Assembly (NCBI GenBank): GCA_965222155.1
Contig: CBDCTH010000012.1
Location: 2,336,001 to 2,400,000 of the forward strand
From: Gammaproteobacteria bacterium
GTDB lineage: Bacteria; Pseudomonadota; Gammaproteobacteria; Eutrophobiales; Eutrophobiaceae
Direction: 5' to 3'
DNA: 64,000 nucleotides
Shown: positions 1 through 9,534 of the stretch, piece by piece
Layout: every line of letters begins with the position of its first letter
How positions within the stretch are numbered: the first letter of the stretch is position 1
Position numbers and translations under genes: made by a program
Notes under the pieces: model-generated
What the model was told of the DNA's origin: nothing
The model's input: the letters and a program-made list of their open reading frames with translations, nothing else
The model's database searches: none

Positions 1-349
1 ATTTGTCCGCATATTTTTTGTAGCTATTGCGGTAGTATTCAATCTCGGATTCACTGTCGTAGCTTCCCACGTAGAGTTTCCCGTTATCTCTTAAATACGG
101 CGCCAGTATTTCAGAATACCAACCGCCTGCGCCCGGGGATATTTCGACCACCGTCAGGTCGTTGCGGATACCGAACCAGTCAAGGGTCTGAGCCGGGTTG
201 CGGTACTGGTTGCGCGACTTGTAGGCATCAGAGCGGTGGTCACCATTGGCGATCGCCATGAGTTGGTCAACGTTGTCAGCGGCAACTGCCTGGCTCACAG
301 GCAGGCTCAGGACCGCAACTAATATGAACAGATAATGGTTCAGCTTCAT
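1..349 (-). CDS. Predicted secreted/periplasmic class I SAM methyltransferase (COG4798-like), 3' end truncated by window edge
   Basis: Not in ORF track. Manual translation MKLNHYLFILVAVLSLPVSQAVA...RNPAQTLDWFGIRNDLTVVEISPGAGGWYSEILAPYL: signal peptide plus VVEIxPGxGWY motif; GGAGGGA RBS upstream. Confidence 0.75.
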   Translation of the reverse strand, partial: MKLNHYLFILVAVLSLPVSQAVAADNVDQLMAIANGDHRSDAYKSRNQYRNPAQTLDWFGIRNDLTVVEISPGAGGWYSEILAPYLRDNGKLYVGSYDSESEIEYYRNSYKKYADK

Positions 350-561
350 CACTTATTCCCTCCGTTATACCGGTTAATGCGTATATGTTACCCTGTCTTC
401 CAATCATTGGTAAACGTTGAATGAAACAAACAGCCGTCATAACAGGAGCCGGCATCGGATGAAGCTTCATTTATTACCGGCCAGATATTATTCGTAGATG
501 GCGGCTTTTCGGTTACCGGTAACCCTTAATTCGCATAACTTACCAGAGGATACGACCTAAT

Positions 562-1551
562 ATGTCTGACAAGATTAAATGGGGCATCATGGGGACCGGG
601 CGTATAGCCGGGAGTTTTGCTATTGCCTTAAAAAATCTTGACGATTCCGAACTGTATGGAATAGGTTCCAGGTCTGAAGAAAATGCCGATGCATTTTCCG
701 ACGGGTATTCGGTCCCGAAAAGTTTTCATGCCTATGAAAGTCTCGTCAATGATCCTGATATTGACGTCGTTTATATCGCTACTCCCCATTCCCTGCATAA
801 AGAAAATTGCCTGATGTGTCTGGAACATGGTAAAGCCGTATTATGTGAAAAACCGTTTACCATCAGTTCCGCCGAAGCTGCCGCAGTCATCAACTTCGCC
901 CGTGAACGCCGGCTTTTTCTCATGGAAGCAATGTGGACCCGTTTCGTTCCCGCGGCAATTAAATTAAAAGAGCTGATTGAGGATAAAATAATCGGCGATA
1001 TCCAATATCTGTTTGCCGGCGGCGCATTTATCCCCGAATTTGACCCGGATCATTATTTATTCAAAAAGGAATTAGGCGGCGGAGTGTTACTTGATGGTGG
1101 AATTTACCCTGTATCACTCGCTTCCTGGTTGCTGGGTTATCCGGATAAAATCCAATCCGCAGGCAGGCTGAACAGCAGCGGCATCGACGACCATGACGCG
1201 ATGTTGCTGGAATACGACTGCGGCGCCATTGCCAGTTTACACGTTTCAATGCGAACCAAATCCCCCCCGGACATCACCGTTCTGGGCAGCAAAGGAAAAA
1301 TTTATGTCCACCCGGCTATGTTTTGTCCCAGCAAAATTACATTGAGTTTATTTGATGCAGAAGAAACCGAAATAGCATTACCTTTTGCTTCCAACGGTTA
1401 TCAATATGAAGCCATGGAAGTCAACCGTTGTTTAAGAGAAGGAAAAACCGAAAGCAGGGTCATGCCGCTGGATGAGACCCTGGCCATCATGCTGATGATG
1501 GATAAAATACGGGATCAACTCGGCTTGAAATATCCAATGGAAGCATCCTGA
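562..1551 (+). CDS. Gfo/Idh/MocA family oxidoreductase
   Basis: GIMGTGRIA Rossmann motif, ATPHSLH, CEKP, GGGVLLDGGIY. Confidence 0.9.
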   Translation: MSDKIKWGIMGTGRIAGSFAIALKNLDDSELYGIGSRSEENADAFSDGYSVPKSFHAYESLVNDPDIDVVYIATPHSLHKENCLMCLEHGKAVLCEKPFTISSAEAAAVINFARERRLFLMEAMWTRFVPAAIKLKELIEDKIIGDIQYLFAGGAFIPEFDPDHYLFKKELGGGVLLDGGIYPVSLASWLLGYPDKIQSAGRLNSSGIDDHDAMLLEYDCGAIASLHVSMRTKSPPDITVLGSKGKIYVHPAMFCPSKITLSLFDAEETEIALPFASNGYQYEAMEVNRCLREGKTESRVMPLDETLAIMLMMDKIRDQLGLKYPMEAS

Positions 1552-1584
1552 AGTGAGTATATAATGTATTCGTTTCAGGCTACC

Positions 1585-1739
1585 GTCATTCTGGCTTAGC
1601 GTCATTCTGGCTTAGCGTCATTCTGGCTTAGCGTCATTCTGGCTTAGCGTCATTCTGGCTTAGCGTCATTCTGGCTTAGCGTCATTCTGGCTTAGCGTCA
1701 TCGTGGCTTAGCGTCATTCTGGCGAATGCCAGAATCCAG
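1585..1739. repeat. Tandem array of 8 x 16-bp GTCATTCTGGCTTAGC ending in one complete REP-like hairpin GTCATTCTGGCGAATGCCAGAATCCAG
   Basis: Read directly: units start at 1585,1601,...,1697 (unit 8 variant), hairpin 1713-1739; no spacers. Confidence 0.95.
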
Positions 1740-1765
1740 AGGGTAGCTTCTCGCAACAACATAAT

Positions 1766-1841
1766 GCCGGATTAGCTCAGTTGGTAGAGCGCCCGCCTTG
1801 TAAGCGGATGGTCGGCGGTTCGAATCCGTCATCCGGCACCA
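1766..1841 (+). tRNA. thrU: tRNA-Thr(UGU)
   Basis: GCCGGATTAGCTCAGTTGGTAGAGC...CT-TGT-AA...GGTTCGAATCC...CCGGCACCA. Confidence 0.95.
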
Positions 1842-2092
1842 TGTATTTAACTTGCTTCTAATTTTGGAATTTCAACATTCAAATTCACTTCATAAGTGGT
1901 ATTACGGCCACCACCCTACGGAATGGTATGGGGAGCAAAACAACGGCAGGATAATTAAGTATTGTGTCCCTGGAATTCACTGTTATACTGCGCATTTGTA
2001 TTTCTGTTGTCTCCCTTCTCCAGATTAAGAATCGCGCGATTCATGAAAAATAGGGAAGGTTTTTGATTTCATGATTATCGAGGGTAAATTAA

Positions 2093-4513
2093 ATGAGTAT
2101 ATTGGATAAAGCACTTATTCAAAGTTTATGTATTTGTCTTGGCAGTGTATTGGTCATACCCGTTTATGCTCAAGACAGCGAAAGTGGTATTGGCGCACTA
2201 ATGGAAGAAATAACCGTTACCGCCAGAAAGCGTGAAGAGAGCTTGCAGAATACGCCTATCGCGGTATCCGTCTTCAGTGGCGAGAGCCTGGAAGCACGCG
2301 GGGTCCAGAGGGTCGATGAAATTGCCGGGCTGACGCCTAACATGTCTTTTGACAATATCAACACCAATGGTGGTGGCGGCAATAGTGCAGCCGTGTTTCT
2401 GCGCGGTGTCGGACAACGCGACTTTATACCTTCTGCTGACCCGGGTGTAGGCATCTACGTGGACGGCGTCTATTTCGCCCGCAGCATCGGTTCGGTGCTG
2501 GACATAATCGATGTGGACCGTATTGAAGTCCTGCGCGGCCCTCAGGGTACGCTGTTCGGCCGTAATACCACGGGTGGCGCCATAGCTATCCACACCGTGA
2601 AACCCCATGAAGAATTTGAGGGCAAGGTACGCGTAAGAGTGGGCATCGATGACCGGCTCGATGTACTCGGCAAGGTCAATGTCCCGATTAGCGACAATCT
2701 TTACATGAATGCGACGGTCGCCAAGTTTGACCAGGATGGTTTCGTGGTGAACCCCATTAACGGTATGGATACCGGGGACGATGATACTTTAGCCTTCCGC
2801 GGTGCATTACGTTGGCAGGCGAACAACAACTTCGAGATTAATATCAGCGGCGACTATTCCCGTGACAGGGAAAACGGCCAGGCCCGTGTGGTTACAGAAA
2901 ATCCCGACCGGGTCGTGGACCTTACGCCCGGGGCAAATATGTTCAACCATAATTTCTTACTCGGCGCCAATTCGCCGCTTCATCCGGCCAATGGCGGCCC
3001 TGGTATCAACAACCCGGGGACTCCTTTCGCCAGGGAGTTCAGTAACTGCGATGCCACCCCCGCGAACATCGCGGGAACCACCTCGGGTTGCGCCAATGCC
3101 AACACCATAGCCCTGGGTCAGAATACCAGCACCATGCCGACCTTCTCCAATCACGATATCTATGGTTTCTCAGGCACGGTTGACTGGCAGATCTCGAACA
3201 ACCTGGAAATCAAGTCGATAACCGCCTACCGTAATGTCGACAGCACCTTTGCCCACGATGGCGATAGCACCCCTTTCTTCTTATCCTGGGTAAGGGATGA
3301 GATTTACGTGCAGGAACAGTTTACCCAGGAAATACAGTTGCTGGGTACGGCTTTTGCTGACCGCCTGCAATGGATCATAGGCGGCTTTTATTTCACGGAA
3401 GACGGCAACAACTACAACCCGGTGGATTTTGCCTCGATTGATATAGAAAGCGGCGCCAGGTTCGACCATGAGAGTATCGCCGGTTTTGCTCAGGGAACGT
3501 TTGACGTAACGGACAAGCTGCATATTACGGCCGGCATTCGCTACACCGATGACACCAAGGATTTCATCGTCACCAGTGACGGAATGTATAGTACACCCGG
3601 TCTTCACTTTACGGGGGGCACGACCAGTGACGTGGTGAATATTCAGTCCGCGGTTCCTGCGTTTGCCCCACCCGGGGCTGTGGTGAAGCTGATAGCCGAC
3701 GGCACCACGACCCTGAAGGCCGACGACTGGACCCCCATGGCGAATATTTCCTACGACTGGAATGATGACCTCATGACCTATTTCACCTACTCGGAAGGTT
3801 TCAAGAGTGGCGGCGTGCAGCAACGTAATGCCGGTGTGTTCGGCGGCGCGGCGCCCACCTACGACCCGGAGTTCGTGGAATCTTTCGAAGTCGGTTTCAA
3901 ATATAACCACCCGAACGGAAACTTTGTCCTGAACGTGGCCGCCTTCTACGCCGATTATACGGACATTCAACTGGAAACCCTGGCGCCCGAAGGTATCGCC
4001 CCGCAGCTTGACAATGCCGGTGAGGCCGAGATCAAGGGTTTCGAACTGGAATCACGCTGGTCGCCGCTTGACACCTTGTTCCTTGAAGTGGCTATCGGTC
4101 ATCTCGATGCGGTGATCACGAAATCCGACCCCACAGTATTTAACACCGGCGGCCCTGCCAAGGGTGACAGGTTGCCGCAGGTGCCGCGCTGGTCGCTGGC
4201 CGCCTCGCTCATCAAGGAGTTCGGCCTCGGCGATATGGGCACCATCATCGCACGGCTGGATTACAACTACCGGACCAAGGTGTTTTTTGACCCGGCTAAC
4301 GACCCGGGCAGCATGATGCAGTCCCATGGCCTGATGAATGCCAGTGTGGGCTGGGACAGCGCCAATGACAAGTATTCGCTCATCTTCCATGCGAATAATA
4401 TCTTTGACAAGCGTCGCATAATCTACACGGAGCTTTCAGGATCAGCACGCACGCAGAACGACGTCCTGGCCCGTGATTTTGCCTGGTACCTGACTGGCGA
4501 ATACCGCTTCTAA
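2093..4513 (+). CDS. TonB-dependent outer membrane receptor
   Basis: Signal peptide, TonB box EEITVTARKREESLQ, IEVLRGPQGTLFGRNTTGGAI plug motif, C-terminal Phe. Confidence 0.95.
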   Translation: MSILDKALIQSLCICLGSVLVIPVYAQDSESGIGALMEEITVTARKREESLQNTPIAVSVFSGESLEARGVQRVDEIAGLTPNMSFDNINTNGGGGNSAAVFLRGVGQRDFIPSADPGVGIYVDGVYFARSIGSVLDIIDVDRIEVLRGPQGTLFGRNTTGGAIAIHTVKPHEEFEGKVRVRVGIDDRLDVLGKVNVPISDNLYMNATVAKFDQDGFVVNPINGMDTGDDDTLAFRGALRWQANNNFEINISGDYSRDRENGQARVVTENPDRVVDLTPGANMFNHNFLLGANSPLHPANGGPGINNPGTPFAREFSNCDATPANIAGTTSGCANANTIALGQNTSTMPTFSNHDIYGFSGTVDWQISNNLEIKSITAYRNVDSTFAHDGDSTPFFLSWVRDEIYVQEQFTQEIQLLGTAFADRLQWIIGGFYFTEDGNNYNPVDFASIDIESGARFDHESIAGFAQGTFDVTDKLHITAGIRYTDDTKDFIVTSDGMYSTPGLHFTGGTTSDVVNIQSAVPAFAPPGAVVKLIADGTTTLKADDWTPMANISYDWNDDLMTYFTYSEGFKSGGVQQRNAGVFGGAAPTYDPEFVESFEVGFKYNHPNGNFVLNVAAFYADYTDIQLETLAPEGIAPQLDNAGEAEIKGFELESRWSPLDTLFLEVAIGHLDAVITKSDPTVFNTGGPAKGDRLPQVPRWSLAASLIKEFGLGDMGTIIARLDYNYRTKVFFDPANDPGSMMQSHGLMNASVGWDSANDKYSLIFHANNIFDKRRIIYTELSGSARTQNDVLARDFAWYLTGEYRF

Positions 4514-4528
4514 AAAGCGCCTGGTAAA

Positions 4529-4645
4529 AATGAAATTGTTCTTGGCAAACGGGCGATTTCCGCGGACTCGGCTTTACGTCTTGCTCGCTATTTTGGTAAC
4601 AATGAATAATTCTGGCTGGGATTACAGGATGATCTTGATTTTTAC
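4529..4645 (+). pseudogene. higA: HigA/VapI-type HTH antitoxin relic
   Basis: Manual translation NEIVLGKRAISADSALRLARYFGNNE*FWLGLQDDLDF; N-terminus missing, in-frame TAA at 4607-4609. Confidence 0.8.
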
Positions 4646-4704
4646 CCATAAAATCGCTATAGTTCGGCTTGATATTCCACCTACTGAATATCATTGGTGT
4701 TAAT

Positions 4705-5061
4705 GGGGGCGTATCTGGTTTCGACGAGGGTACTGAATCCCAAGGGGCATGCCGAGGTGCAGATTACCTCGTAAATCCATCTGCATATTTAATAGTTGAC
4801 GAAAAGTACAACTACGCTCTGGCTGCCTAAACGCAGCTAGCCTCTGACTGATTTGTGCTTGTGCTTTCAACTCAGAGGTCATATACACAAGATCGCGATG
4901 AAGTTTGTCCAGCGCGGATTCGCTAAAACTTAATGGACTCGTTACCTGTATTCCCCCGCCGGTTCGGGTAACAGGTGATTAAATTTAAAGATTCGGCTAA
5001 GCATGTAGAACCGAAGGTTGATGGCTCGCGGACGCCGGTTCGACTCCGGCCGCCTCCACCA
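4705..5061 (+). ncRNA. ssrA: tmRNA; tag ORF 4798-4830 (A)DEKYNYALAA
   Basis: 5' GGGGGCG...GGTTTCGAC, 3' GGTTCGACTCCGGCCGCCTCCACCA, tag ending YALAA-stop. Confidence 0.95.
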
Positions 5062-5134
5062 TTACGGCAATACCAAATCGCCTGACCCGCATATTGCCGC
5101 CGGAATTTGATGTGCGCCTTCCTTGGCCCACAGC

Positions 5135-5620
5135 TCAGATATACATCATAATACTGTCCAGCGGCGCATCTGCATTAAGCAAATCCACCCGCTTGGACTT
5201 TATTTTCAATCCCTCTTCCGTCGTCACCAGGCGCCAGGTGACGGCGCCGGCGTAGGTATCCTGCTTGCGATGATATATCACGGCAATAACGTTGGCCTTG
5301 ACGGTAATTTCTCCTGGGGGATGCAGCGCGGTATCTGTTTCAAGATCAGACAGGACGCGGACCGAACGCACCTTGCAGTGCATGGAGGGTGACAACGGAT
5401 TGTGCAGGTTGTACTTGCGCATTTCCATCAGGGCGCGGTTGTCGTAGATCAGTGAGTCGTGCTGTTCCGGGTTGGTTTGTTCCCGCTCCAGGGGCATCCA
5501 GTAATAACCGTCTACCGTAAACAGGGAGATCCAGGTGTCGAGATCCGCTTCGTTCAGGCACCTGGTCTCCAGGCGGATCAGGTCCGTGATTGCTTCCTTT
5601 ACTGACACTGTTCCGCTCAT
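5135..5620 (-). CDS. Aromatic ring-hydroxylating dioxygenase beta subunit
   Basis: WISLFTVDGYYWMP, SLIYD, KIKSKRVDLLN; overlaps alpha subunit stop. Confidence 0.9.
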   Translation of the reverse strand: MSGTVSVKEAITDLIRLETRCLNEADLDTWISLFTVDGYYWMPLEREQTNPEQHDSLIYDNRALMEMRKYNLHNPLSPSMHCKVRSVRVLSDLETDTALHPPGEITVKANVIAVIYHRKQDTYAGAVTWRLVTTEEGLKIKSKRVDLLNADAPLDSIMMYI

Positions 5621-6942
5621 TCCGTCCCGGTCATGTATCCCAGCCAGGCTGTGTACTGGTTGCGTAACGCCAGGTCACTGGTGCCCGTTGCCGTTAGCCT
5701 TTCCCTGTCCCGGACTTCCCTGCCGAAATGGCGCTGCATATCCATCCATTCGATGGCCCCGGCCGCGGCGCTTTCCTGTATGCGAATGTAACAGTCCAGG
5801 TCGTCCGGGCCGACCATCGACGCAGGAGAGTTAATCAGGCGGGAATAGCGCAGGGTTCGCTCCAGCATCCTGGATGGTGCGCCTTTCAACCTGAACGTCC
5901 AGGATTCGATGATGGTTTCATTTACCGAGACGGGTATTACCACGCGGATGGACTGGATATTGTCGCGTACCGTGCAGGACGGGTAGATCAGTCCGTTGTG
6001 GCGGTTGAATGAGAGTATTTCCTCGGTACGCGCTCTACCGTAGGCCTGTTCCATGGCTTGCAGGTAATCGGGATAGACCTGGTAGTGGCTGAAAATGCTG
6101 GTTTTACCGCCCATGTAGGCATGTCCCCGCGGCAGCCCGACAAAACCCATCCTGTCAAAGAAATCGTAGGAACCGCCAAACGGGGCTATCACCTCCGCTT
6201 CCGGTAACGGGGCATGGTCGGGCGGGAGCTGTTCCAGGTATTGCCGTACCGCGTCACTAGTGCCGGCGTGGGCTACCATGGGGTGCATGGCGTCGTGCAG
6301 GTTTTCGGTAAAGAACTTCCAGTTGACCGGATGGCGAAACCGGTGACAGGTTTTCCCGGTCACTTCAACCTCACCGGCAGGAGAGCGATCGACCATGTTG
6401 TCTATGGTGGCGCACATTTGACCGAGGAAGCTGTTCAGGTCAGGCCCCGTTGCGGACTGGGAGGCGAAGACAAAACCCCGGTACTGCCCGACTCTGGCTA
6501 CCTTGGGCATGCCATACTGGGAAGCGCTGCTGTCGAAACCTACGTCCTTGTAGCCGGCCGGGCTCGGCTGTGAGCGCAATGACCCGTCCGTCCTGTACGC
6601 CCAGCCGTGATACGGGCACTTGAATATCCCCTTGCCGACGCTGCCGTTACGGGCCTGGCAGACCTGTGCGCCGCGATGGCCGCAACGGTTCACTAACACG
6701 TTGATATCCTTGCCGTTCATGTCCCTGACCATGATGACCGGCGTCAGCCCGATGCTGGTGGTGAGATAATCCCCGGGGGATTTAACCTGGCTTACGTGGC
6801 CGACGTAGATCCACGCCTGCCCCCATAATCGTTCCATCTCCAGTTTGAATATTTCTTCCCTGACATATACGTCCTTATGCACCCGGGCAGGTTCGACCAG
6901 GGACTTCAGAGCTTCAGGGCTGTCGTAGTGCTTGTCTTGCAT
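5617..6942 (-). CDS. Rieske ring-hydroxylating dioxygenase alpha subunit (resembles IadD/IacC clade)
   Basis: Rieske NRCGH...CPYHGW; mononuclear Fe ligands ENLHDAMHPMVAH and GPDD. Confidence 0.9.
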   Translation of the reverse strand: MQDKHYDSPEALKSLVEPARVHKDVYVREEIFKLEMERLWGQAWIYVGHVSQVKSPGDYLTTSIGLTPVIMVRDMNGKDINVLVNRCGHRGAQVCQARNGSVGKGIFKCPYHGWAYRTDGSLRSQPSPAGYKDVGFDSSASQYGMPKVARVGQYRGFVFASQSATGPDLNSFLGQMCATIDNMVDRSPAGEVEVTGKTCHRFRHPVNWKFFTENLHDAMHPMVAHAGTSDAVRQYLEQLPPDHAPLPEAEVIAPFGGSYDFFDRMGFVGLPRGHAYMGGKTSIFSHYQVYPDYLQAMEQAYGRARTEEILSFNRHNGLIYPSCTVRDNIQSIRVVIPVSVNETIIESWTFRLKGAPSRMLERTLRYSRLINSPASMVGPDDLDCYIRIQESAAAGAIEWMDMQRHFGREVRDRERLTATGTSDLALRNQYTAWLGYMTGTE

Positions 6943-7034
6943 GGCAACACTTCATAAACGGCAAAATGAGACACATATTCTAGCTTTGTCATGCCCGATT
7001 GGGAAACCTGATGGTGAATGAATGCCCCAAAAAA

Positions 7035-7130
7035 CCACAGAGGGCATAAAGTACACAGAAAAGTAAATGGATTTCTATAAGACGCACGCAGCCCCTATCC
7101 CTTACTCTGTGATCTCTGTGTCCTCTGTGG
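7035..7130. repeat. Intergenic inverted repeat CCACAGAG..CACAGA / CTCTGTG..CTCTGTGG
   Basis: Arms built from 9-bp-period CACAGAG/CTCTGTG units; architecturally similar element at 60872-60936. Confidence 0.6.
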
Positions 7131-7135
7131 CACAC

Positions 7136-7167
7136 AAAATAAAAAGCCGGACAGAGTGTCCGGCTTT
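7136..7167 (-). terminator. Rho-independent terminator of the alpha operon
   Basis: Minus strand AAAGCCGGACAC-TC-TGTCCGGCTTTTTATTTT just after rplQ. Confidence 0.8.
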
Positions 7168-7195
7168 GAGTTATTACCACTTTATTATAGTTATC

Positions 7196-7594
7196 TCAGC
7201 TATCCGTACTGTTATTATTTTCTTCCGAACTTGTTACGAGCCGGTCAACCAGTTCCACGATAGCCATTGGCGCCTTATCGCCTACCCTGTAACCGCATTT
7301 CAGTATCCGCAGGTAGCCTCCCGGCCTGCTCTTGTAACGCGGGCCTAATTCATTAAACAGTTTCGTCACCGTCGGTCTGTCACGCAAGCGAGAGAATGCC
7401 AGCCTGCGTTTGGCAACGGAATCCGTTTTCGCCAGCGTAATCAACGGTTCGGCTACGCGGCGTAATTCTTTCGCCTTGGCAACCGTGGTTTTAATCATTT
7501 CATGTTGTACCAGCGAGACGGCCATATTGCGAAACATCGCTTTACGATGACTGCTGTTTCGATTTAGTTTCCGTCCACTTTCTCTATGACGCAT
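7196..7594 (-). CDS. rplQ: 50S ribosomal protein L17
   Basis: [24 protein letters not shown]. Confidence 0.98.
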   Translation of the reverse strand: MRHRESGRKLNRNSSHRKAMFRNMAVSLVQHEMIKTTVAKAKELRRVAEPLITLAKTDSVAKRRLAFSRLRDRPTVTKLFNELGPRYKSRPGGYLRILKCGYRVGDKAPMAIVELVDRLVTSSEENNNSTDS

Positions 7595-7614
7595 GTCCGA
7601 AAATTCCTCAAATG

Positions 7615-8634
7615 CTAATGTGATATGATGGACGACATATCCCTGTCCTCATACAAATCTGAAGGAGGCCAGTTTTCCAGCCTCATCCCTAAAGATAAGC
7701 CGCGGGAAGCGAGTACGTCCTTGATTTCCGTCAGTGATTTTTTGCCCAGGTTCGGGGTCTTCAATAATTCCATTTCGGTACGTTGAATCAGGTCGCCGAT
7801 ATAATAAATACTTTCCGCTTTCAGGCAGTTTGCCGAACGGACCGTGAGTTCCAGGTCATCAACGGGACGCAACAGGACGGGGTCAATTTCCGGCTCATCA
7901 CTGGCTGCCGGGGTTTCCTCAGCCTGTTCCGCTTCCAGGTCAACAAATATGGACAACTGGTTGCGCAGGATAAGCGCCGCTTCCTTAATAGCTTCTTCCG
8001 GGTTGATTGTACCGTTCGTTTCCACTTCCAGAATTAACTTATCCAGGTCCGTCTGTTGTTCTACACGAGCACTCTGAACGTCATAAGAAACGCGTTTTAC
8101 CGGACTGAATGAAGCATCCAGCTTCAGCCTGCCAATACTCTGCCCGATGTCGTCATCCGGATTGCCTATGGTTACGGGGCGATAACCGCGCCCGCGCTCA
8201 ATGATAATACTCATATTCAACTCGCCCGCCCGGGTGAGATTTGCAATCAGGTGATCAGGATTAGCGATTTCCACGTCGTGGTCCAGCTTGATGTCACTTG
8301 CCTTGACTTCCCCCGGCCCCGTCTTGTTCAACGTCAAGGTGACATCATCCTTGGCATGTACATTGATCGCCAATTCCTTCAGGTTCAGCAGGATATCCGT
8401 TACATCCTCGTGCACACCGTCGATTGTCGTATACTCATGCAGCACACCATCTATCTCCACTTCGGTCACTGCACAACCTGACATGGATGACAATAAAACC
8501 CGGCGTAGCGCATTACCTAACGTATGGCCAAAGCCCCGATTTAGCGGTTCTATGGTTATTTTTGCCAGCGTAGTGCTGATGATTTCCACGTCAACCCGAC
8601 GCGGTTTTAATAATTCACTGAATGTTGAGGGCAT
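7615..8634 (-). CDS. rpoA: RNA polymerase alpha subunit
   Basis: [22 protein letters not shown]; [15 protein letters not shown]. Confidence 0.98.
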   Translation of the reverse strand: MPSTFSELLKPRRVDVEIISTTLAKITIEPLNRGFGHTLGNALRRVLLSSMSGCAVTEVEIDGVLHEYTTIDGVHEDVTDILLNLKELAINVHAKDDVTLTLNKTGPGEVKASDIKLDHDVEIANPDHLIANLTRAGELNMSIIIERGRGYRPVTIGNPDDDIGQSIGRLKLDASFSPVKRVSYDVQSARVEQQTDLDKLILEVETNGTINPEEAIKEAALILRNQLSIFVDLEAEQAEETPAASDEPEIDPVLLRPVDDLELTVRSANCLKAESIYYIGDLIQRTEMELLKTPNLGKKSLTEIKDVLASRGLSLGMRLENWPPSDLYEDRDMSSIISH

Positions 8635-8655
8635 AGTTGTTGTTCCTATAGCTAC

Positions 8656-9276
8656 TTACTTGGAATAAAGTTCTACGACTAATTGTTCGTTTATATCCGA
8701 TGGTAATTCACTGCGCTCAGGTATTGATTTAAATAATCCAACCATCTTCTTGGTATCAACCTCTACCCATTCGGGGAACCCGATTTGATCTGCTACGTTA
8801 AGGGCATCCTGGATTCGTAGTTGTTTCTTGCTTTTTTCCCTTATCTCAACCTTATCCTCGGGTTTGACCTGATAAGATGGAATATTAACGGACTGTCCAT
8901 TCACCAATACCGATTTGTGACTTACCAACTGCCGGGATTCATTACGGGTGCAGCCAAACCCCATCCTGAACACCACAGTGTCCAGACGGCATTCAAGGAT
9001 TTGCAACAGGTTCTCTCCGGTGGAGCCTCTACGCCGTACCGCTTCCTTGTAATAGCGACGAAACTGCTTTTCCAGGACACCATAAATCCGTCGCAGTTTC
9101 TGTTTTTCCCTGAGTTGTACGGCATAATCAGACAACCTCTTCGCCCTGACACCTTGCTGTCCGGGTGGTTTGTCAATCTGGCATTTGGATTCAATAGGCC
9201 GCGCACGGCTTTTCAAGAACAGGTCGACGCCTTCACGGCGACTCAGCTTACATTTGGGTCCCAGGTAACGAGCCAT
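8656..9276 (-). CDS. rpsD: 30S ribosomal protein S4
   Basis: [16 protein letters not shown]; start corrected to ATG 9276 with AGGAGG RBS. Confidence 0.97.
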   Translation of the reverse strand: MARYLGPKCKLSRREGVDLFLKSRARPIESKCQIDKPPGQQGVRAKRLSDYAVQLREKQKLRRIYGVLEKQFRRYYKEAVRRRGSTGENLLQILECRLDTVVFRMGFGCTRNESRQLVSHKSVLVNGQSVNIPSYQVKPEDKVEIREKSKKQLRIQDALNVADQIGFPEWVEVDTKKMVGLFKSIPERSELPSDINEQLVVELYSK

Positions 9277-9287
9277 ATCTCCTCCTA

Positions 9288-9529
9288 ACCCGGATTTCTC
9301 ACCAGGTGATGCGATGATCGCGCAGGATTTTTTGCGCCAGCGGGTGCCTGCGACCGAAAGCATAGCCGTAAGCTCTGGTTGAGGGAGCACGTGCCTGCTG
9401 GCGCAAAAAAGACAAGCGAGGGCGCATCAAGCGCAGTTTGTAATACTAACATAGTAAGAGTCCTACCATAACTTATTGACAACAAATATATTTCCGAGAG
9501 CAACAAGCGACCTGGTGTGAAATCCGGGT
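9288..9529. mobile_element. MITE-A copy 1 (between rpsK and rpsD)
   Basis: TIRs ACCCGGATTTCTCACCAGGT / ACCTGGTGTGAAATCCGGGT; shared core GATGCGATGATCGCGCAGGATTTTT...AAAAAGACAAGCGAGGGCGCATC. Confidence 0.9.
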
Positions 9530-9534
9530 TTAAC

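Noticed and set aside
1585-1712. Possible CRISPR array
   Set aside because: 16-bp units are contiguous with no unique spacers and there are no cas genes in the window.
1766-5061. Intact integrative element at tRNA-Thr or tmRNA
   Set aside because: No integrase and no duplicated tRNA/tmRNA 3' end (att site) seen.
9277-9390. N-terminal extensions of RpsD (and RpsM, RpsH, RplD, RplA, HmgA, KynU) in the ORF track
   Set aside because: Result from upstream alternative starts through repeats or neighbouring genes; canonical starts lie downstream.
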